Positions 56,891 through 64,000 of a stretch of 64,000 bases of DNA are shown piece after piece. Below the pieces are notes generated by a model that saw only the letters and a program-made list of their open reading frames with translations, ran no database searches and was not told the DNA's origin. Each line of letters begins with the position of its first letter. Positions within the stretch are counted from its first letter, which is position 1. This DNA is from Vicugna vicugna. Its lineage: Eukaryota. The position numbers were made by a program, and so were the translations under genes. The DNA lies in contig MU059537.1 in assembly GCA_013265495.1 (NCBI GenBank), forward strand, positions 186,001-250,000, in the 5' to 3' direction.

Positions 56891-58273
56891 GTAGAAGGGG
56901 GGACCTGGGACCAAGCCCAGGTGGGTCTCTGTGTCCTCAGACCTGGCTCCGCTGTGGTCGTCGGTGCCAAGAGTCACAGCGCCAGTCGGGTCCAGAAGTG
57001 ACCGCGATTTCACGCGTCATTCAGCGTGACCCCGAGGGAGGTGCTGGGCCCCTGCGGGGCCAGGACCGGTACTATTTATATCCAGATCAATTCTAAGTCG
57101 GTTGCAAGGCTGCCTAATCGAATCTGTTGTCCTTCACCCTCCAGGACAAGACGCCTGGCCTGAGCTCCTGGGCCGTCCAGGCCCTTCTCCTGGTGGCTGA
57201 GCCGTGGAGCTGGCGGCAAGTGTTCGCGCTTGCTCTGGGGTGGGCTTGTCCTCTGTGCTGTTTGGTCTGATGCTTATTCATCACCAGCAACGCAAAGGGC
57301 CCCAGGCTGACAGACGCTGGGAGAGCTGAGGGCACCCACTGCCTGTGATGCCCACCCAGTCACTGAACTTTCTGGGGAGTCTGGGCGTCCCCGTGGGAAG
57401 AGGGGGTCCTGACACTCACAGCAGCCCTCGGCCTTGGAGGGGGCGTGGAGAGGCTGCCCAGAGGCTGGACAGGAAACCCGGCGCTCACAGCGGCCGGCTC
57501 CGGAGCACCTCAGGGCCCCCGGCACCCCTCCTTCCTTGTCAAAGCCTTCTGGGCGTGTGCCGAGCACCAAGCCCACCAGTGGCGAGGGAGACCACCGAGC
57601 ACAGTCCTCCAGGCCCCCTCGGGCACCACAGGGGCAGATCGTGGTCCCGGGCTGGAGAGCGGGGTGGGGAGCACAGCCTGGGGTGTGGGGGTCCCCTCCA
57701 CTCCCATCGAACACCCTGTCCTCTTTGCTCTCCTGGGTCTCCCCTCTCTCCTCCTCTTGTTCCTCCTGAGCCATCCCTGGGGCACCCCCTGGTGGCTGGA
57801 GACCCTGACGTCTGCGGCCTCTGCGATCTTTAGGAATGTGGCTCAGGGATCAGCAGCCGTGTGTTCGAACCCTGCATCTGTGCGGCCTCCTAACTGGACT
57901 TTTTTAATCCTCAATGTCCTCAGTGGTGATGTGGAATAGTAAAGCGCTCACCTGGGAAGGAGGGCTGCTGGGGGTGTTCAAACAACGACGGTGACAATAG
58001 GAAAACGCGCCGCGGCCTTGGCTCAGCGCCTGGCACGGGGGAGCCACCAACAGTCCTCTCTCAGATCTTCATGGATAATTTCTTCAGGCTCAAGAACGTG
58101 CCGACTTGCTGCACGTGACACCGAATTCGCACCTGCTGTGTGCTCCCCTGTGACAGCCCCGGGGACGTCAGCGTGGGAGGCAATTAGCCGGATGATGGCA
58201 CCTGGATCTGGGGAGGGAGCCCAGGCCCCAGACCTGCCCGAGCGATGAGCTCATGGGATTATGGGGGAGGTTT

Positions 58274-58381
58274 TATTTTATTTTATTTTCCTTTATTTAA
58301 TGGAGGGACTGGGGATTGAACTCAGGACCTTGTGCATGCTAAGCATGCAGTCTGCCACTGAGCTACACCCTCCCTGCCCCC
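58274..58381 (-). mobile_element. Full-length tRNA-Ala(AGC)-derived SINE (camelid Vic-1-like) with target-site duplication
   Basis: Minus strand: GAGGGTGTAGCTCAGTGGCAGACTGCATGCTTAGCATGCACAAGGTCCTGAGTTCAATCCCCAGTCCCTCCA plus an A-rich tail. A box TAGCTCAGTGG, B box GAGTTCAATCC. TSD atgggggaggttt 58261-58273 / atcggggaggttt 58382-58394. Confidence 0.9.
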
Positions 58382-61300
58382 ATCGGGGAGGTTTGAGAAG
58401 TAGTCGAGTAGTCGGGGAGGCTCTTCCTCTCTCCTGATGGCAGGATGCTGCCCGGGCAGGGATGGGGGCTGGGGTGCCCCCCACGCCACGCGCTTGGAGA
58501 GGAAGGGCTCACAGAGAGGCTTGCCTCCCCAGGAGCTGCGGATGCTCGTGGAGGCGCTGGGCTTGCCCCGGCAGGCGTGGCGAGACCCTGGCTGTGGGGA
58601 CAGGCTGTGCTTTTGGCGCAGCCTCCACGGGGGAACCTGGCCCCTGGGGTGGACGAAACGATCCAGGCTGCACACCCGCGGGACGAGTGACCAGTGCAGG
58701 GAGCCGGCGGGGTCAGGAGCCCTCGTGGGAGGGGAGCCCCAGTCTACCAGACAGGAGCTGGTGCCAGGGCCCGTGGGCGCGATAAGCAGCAGTTCCACTG
58801 TTACAGTTCTGAGTTACGTAAAGCTGCCTTCAGCCCTACCCAGATCCTGCAGAATTCACCCGTCATCCCCTGCCAGGTTCTGTAGAATTTCCATTTTAAT
58901 TAGAAACAATTGATTACGCTTCTCACTTCTCAGTCCTCCTTACCCGCAGCTCAGTGCTTTAGATAATGCATTTCTTTAATGGGTGCCCTGGGGCTTGCTG
59001 AAGAGGACAATCACATCTACCCACACACAGTTCCTCTGCCACAGAGCAGTGAGGAAAGCGGCGGGCAGCAGAGGGCGCTGGGGTGCGTGGTGCCCCTGGG
59101 AGGAAGCAGGAGGCAGCACAGTGGGGAGTTCGCTCTGTGTGGTCTTGGAAGTTGGACTGTGGTTCCCTCTTGCGCCCCACCAATTCCTGGAAAGCGTCCC
59201 ACAGGGGACTGCGTGGAAAGCACATGTTTATTCTGACGAGCACTCAGCCCGAATGCCCCGACTTCAGGGGACACGGTTGGTACAACGTAGGGAGAAGCCT
59301 GGGGACCCAGCTGCTTCTCTTTCACTCAGCACCAGCCATAAACCACAAGGGAAAACGACTTTGTGGCCGAGATGGCCACCCGTTTACCACAAACCTACTT
59401 CCCCTCTGGGCACACGACTGGGCCGCATTCCCAGCCCCCTCTGCCGCCAGTTGTGGCCAGGTGACTGTGCTCTAGGCAGCGCATGTGGCAGGAAGGGAGG
59501 AGCTCCCCTTTGGCGGCCAGCTTCCTCTTCCTGCAGCTGGACGCAGACGCCATGAGGCCCTGGGCAACAGCTGAGAGAAGGGAGGCACTGGGGACGGTCC
59601 CTGCATCCCCACGAGACCAGTCTGCCCAGCTCGCCCCCGGGCGCCGTGTGAGAGGCAGATCCCCACCGCAGTGGAGGCGCAGCACACGAGCGGGCTGCCT
59701 GCGCTCTGGCTGTCGGTGGAGCCACTCCTGCACACCAGACACTGGACCGGGTGCACGACAACTGTGGCAAGGCCCAGGGCGCTGCCCTTGTGGGGGTCAG
59801 CATGAGGGAGGCAGACGACAGGAAGCCGCCCCTGACAAGTGAACTCTCAGAAGGAAACACAGGGGCCGTGACGGTGGCAGGCGACCCGGAGGCGGGGTGG
59901 TCAGAAGGGGCTTCAGAAGATGGACACTCAGCCGAGGTCCCGGGATGGAGAGGAGGTCCTTGGAGAGGGGGAGGAAGGGCATCTCAGCACAAGGACTGGC
60001 ACGCCAGACAGTCTGGAGGCAGGAACAAGCTTGCTGGGCTCATGTGGGCAGCACGGTGGCAGCAGGGAGGGACAATGGGGGAGACGGACCAGGGCCGGCC
60101 CCGGTGTGGTCCTCCCCTCAGGCCCCCTGGCTATCTGTCCTTGAGTGCCGAGCTGACCCCTTAGACAAGCGACAGGTGGGTGGAGCCAGGGGAGGAGCCG
60201 GCTCGGAGGGTGGGGCACCTGCACCCTTCACCCCGAGCAGACCCTCTGGTGGCCCAGCCCTTCCCATGGGCTAAGGGCCGTCTTGGCCACCAGCTGTGCC
60301 TCTTACCCGACTGGATGGGCTCTAAACCCCTCTGAGCCCGCCCTGGCTTCCCGCCTCCCACGGGCTGCCCGCCTGGTGGTTGCGGTCTGTGGAGCACACA
60401 GCACAGCACGTGGCGCAAAGCACTTTCTCCAGCCGGTGACCCCTTCCCTTCCTCCTGGTCCGCTTGCTCCTGGGAGGGGCCTCGGCGTCTGTGGCATGTG
60501 CTCTTGCCTGAAGCTGTGGCCCGAGGACAACCAGTGACTCCGATAATTGCATCCTTTCCAGCCCCAGGCAGTGATGAATGGGCCCGAATCCGCATCGCTT
60601 CAGGAATCAATACTGTAATATCTTCATACGAGTGGGGAGATGAGGTGAGGAGATAGCCCAGCTTTTGAATTCCCCCTCAAAGGCCACGGAGGCTGCGGCA
60701 TCTCGGAGCTAGAAGGACTCCTGGGGGCTTCTGTGCGCTGGTCCATGAGGGCAGGTGTGAGGGGAAGTGGTCAGCAAGGTGCAGAGACCTGGCTCCCTGG
60801 GCCAGCCCAGCAGGGTCTCCTGTCCCTGGTTTACACGTGGAGGATGCGAAGAGCTCTACCACCCCTCGCATCAAGTTGAGCTGAATGCTGGGGACCCCAG
60901 AGCCCCCCAGCCCTGGGATGTGTCCTGCAGGGTCTGGGTCTCCAGACAGAGGGATGAGACCTCAGGCTTCTAACACTGACAGTCAACGTTGCCGATTCCC
61001 AAGAGATTAAGTTACAGACTCAAGGTCGTGTCTCAAGTAGGGGTCAAGATAATTTCCCAGAACATTTGCTCTGAGCTGGACTTTGGCCACCGAGAGAGTT
61101 TAGGACGGGCTTTGCTCTGAGTCAGAGTGGGAAGTGATCTGCCCAGGGGACCGAAGAGAGGGGAGTGGGACAGGGACCTGCAGGCTGGGCTCTGCTCGTG
61201 GCCCATCCGTGCCCTCAAGAGGAAAGCCAGAACACCCTCCCATCATAGCAGACATCCGTCTATATCCTTTCTCTTTCCAGAGCACCTCTGGTGAGAAATT

Positions 61301-63699
61301 GACTTATTTGCCATTGCACTGAGACTAAAATAAATGACACCATTTCCTGGCTCATCTTGTGAGCAATGTTTTCTTCTTTAGAGAAGCAGCATCACTGTCT
61401 CCTTCTGTTTGCTCAGCTGTGTGGGTTACTCATTTGTTCAGATACGTCCTCCGAGATCAGATGTCTCGCGCTCTCCTGGCCAGCAGAGTGATTAGCGGCC
61501 AGCACATCCATCTGCGGGTCCGTGACGCACTCTTCATCACCCTCTGTGGGCAGAGCCTGGCCTCCGACAGGGGGAGTCGTGGGAGGCGCCCTCCCCTGGG
61601 AAGTCAGGACTGGGCATGATCACAGAGACACAGCTCCTGACCTCAGGGCGTCACCAAGTCTGATGGAGGGGGCAGTTCCTGATCTGCTGGGCAGATGGGA
61701 GTGAGACAGCTCCTCCTCTGCTGGTCGGATGAGGGACAGATAGCCTCCCAAATTTTAAGGTCAGGTGGGGGACGCAGCCTCCCCACCACTGATCAGATAT
61801 GAGAGACACAATCTCTATTTTTCCTAGTTCCCTGGGTGGGTGAAAAGGGCAAGATTCTGTCTCTTGGAAACCTAGTCTCCCGGGGCAACCACAGCCCTCA
61901 CGGAGGCTGGGGACACATGGTCCCTGCCCTCCAGACGTCCCACAGTTGGAAGGGGAAGGTCAATGCCTGTCCCTGGAAAGGCACAGAGACGGCACCAAGG
62001 CCGGTGGAATCACTGTTCCAGAGACAACCGGCAAATGCCAGGGCTGAGGGGGTGGTTGCCTGACTTGGTTTGATTGACTGGAGGGAGTTAAGAGACACTT
62101 AGCCAACGGGCTGAAAGGGGAAAATCCAGGTGTTCTCTGTCACACTCACGCTGAGTAACATGCGTGGAAAATACCTGGATGGTGGGCTTGGTGTCTTTCC
62201 AGTTCCGACCCTGGGCTCTGGCTGGGCTCCTGAGGGTAACTGGGCAGGGTGGCTGCCCCAGGGGCCAGGAGGCACCATGAAGACAGTGCTGTGAGGTGCT
62301 GGGATGGGGTGGGGGTGGGGGCCGAGGGGAGATCCACATTACATCTTCAGCAAGAATTCAGGCCTTACCTGCATCCTCAGGGCTCTGCTTGGGGCATCCC
62401 AGAGCTAGATCCCCTAACCAGCCCCTTCAGAGTCCCCAGAAGGCCCCCCCGACCGGAGAGCTCGGGCTGCAGTCCAGGGCACTGAGCCATGACCTTTCCC
62501 CAGTCTCGAGGCCCGGGACTCTGAGGGGTTTCTGGGTCAGACTCATCAGAACCTCTGTGGTTTCTGGATGGTCAAGGGCAGGAGAGGTGCAGAAACCCGG
62601 AGCCAAGGTCGTCCTCGCCAGGAAAGGCTATCCGCTGAGCTCTCCGTGGTGCTGAAACCACCCACAGCCGCTTTCCCCGGCACGGGGTCTCTGTGTTATA
62701 AACTTTCTCCAGTCTAAGGCCACCGTGGGCCCCGATGGGAGTGGGCAGCTATCTGCCTGTGGTTGCCGGGCAGCCGGCTGTAGGACATCCCGCCATGAAG
62801 TACCTTCCTTCGCCACCCCACAGCCTGTCACTAGCTGCCTGTGCACTGGAATAGGAGGTCACTGGGTCAAAGCCCCTGGTCTGCTTTCTCTGTACTTCTC
62901 ACAGACCCTTACACAATGTCCTGAGCCCTGCAGTGCCTCACTAATGCTTCTGGGTGAGTGGGGGGAGATCACATAGCGTGTATCTGAGTCCCAGTTCATC
63001 ACCTAGCCCAGTGGGAGTCGAATGAAGACGGACAGCATGAAATAAGCAAAAAAGGGACTCGCAAAGCGCTGTCCACGATCTAGCTCTATTTAGGATTCAC
63101 CCTTCGAATAGACCCTCCAATCTTTACCTTAATCGTCACCAGACGCCCCACACCTTCCTGAGGGTGGTCTGAGGCCCTCCAGGGAGGAGCTGTCAACCTT
63201 CCTCTGAAGGTTAGAGCATGCAGCCGGCGGCAGGTGCGGCAAACCCCGCATGCCTACATCAGTGAGGGGCAGGATTGCAAGAGCCAACCTCTGGTAGCCA
63301 ACTTCTCTCTATCCTTCTTGGCCCAGGCCCATATTCAATAAACCTCCAGGATGCCTTCCCAGTGACTTGAGCCAACATCGACCTCTTTCCTCCCAAGTGC
63401 CCACGGCATCTCGTTTTCTATGGCATATGTCCAGGTGTGGCATTTTCATATTTATTTTTTCCTCTGATTTCCTGAGCGTTCGTCTTTCTGCAGGATCAAT
63501 GTCTGATTCACCTTCAGATCCTTCGCCTCCTCGCACGGGGCCTTGACCTTTTAGGAAGGCATTGGATGAATGAGAAACTCATATGGCTTCTGCTCCTAGT
63601 AGTTCTGATAGCGGCAGTGCCAGGAGGGCGCTGCTTCAAGTCCTTTTAACTGTTAATTCTTCGGCTTGTCCTCTAGACAAAGCTCAGAGATCAAGCACA

Positions 63700-63790
63700 C
63701 GCTGTTCTCAGTTTGTAAGTGGAGCACAGAGAGACTATGGAAACTGCCTGAGGTCACACAGCCCAGGCAATTGTTCCCAGAGGCTGTGTT
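63700..63790 (-). mobile_element. MIR fragment
   Basis: gtaagtggagcacagagagactatggaaactgcctgaggtcacacagcc. Confidence 0.55.
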
Positions 63791-64000
63791 TCCTGAAAAG
63801 AGATGAGCAGAATCCAAGCAAAGTGAATTGGTTTAGTGAGCTTAGGTGTAGGGAGCAGGGAAAAAAGTCAGACTGGTTTTCCTCAATATCAGAATCTCAT
63901 AGAAATAGGAGGTGTTATAGCTCATCTGGTTTAAAAGGATGATTTTATAAGTGAGTAAACAGAGACCTTACATGAGGGATGAGGGACGAGGAACAACACA

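Noticed and set aside
58300-58372. Possible genuine tRNA-Ala gene
   Set aside because: The A-rich tail, TSD and mismatched acceptor and T stems indicate a SINE.
1-64000. Naming the locus or host gene; miRNA hairpins; CRISPR arrays
   Set aside because: No exon matched a protein I could recognise, so any gene name would be a guess. I saw no miRNA-length hairpin or known mature miRNA, and no repeat-spacer array.

Overview
This is GC-rich mammalian genomic DNA, probably camelid, judged from two short tRNA-Ala(AGC)-derived SINEs that resemble the camelid Vic-1 type. I found no protein-coding gene I can recognise, and no rRNA, true tRNA or CRISPR array. The six-frame ORFs look like by-products of high GC content, low-complexity repeats and decayed transposons. 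The window reads as a long intron or regulatory gene desert. It holds many ancient repeats (MIR, L2, MLT1 LTRs, L1 fragments, one ERV1-like LTR), degenerate simple repeats and several CpG-rich patches. It also holds a series of short AT-rich islands full of homeodomain, forkhead and octamer motifs that look like conserved enhancers. The best leads are: (1) the exact 10-mer ACTCTAATTA in three separate islands at 37-42.7 kb, inside a cluster of perfect forkhead sites; (2) microexon-like units with strong splice sites (27 nt on +, 21 nt on -); (3) two outward-facing splice donors 55 bp apart on opposite strands, next to a CpG-rich patch; (4) candidate spliced non-coding transcripts on both strands; (5) LTR remnants strongly shifted toward GC/CpG. 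I could not identify the locus. Repeat families were assigned by eye from remembered consensus sequences, so their boundaries are approximate.
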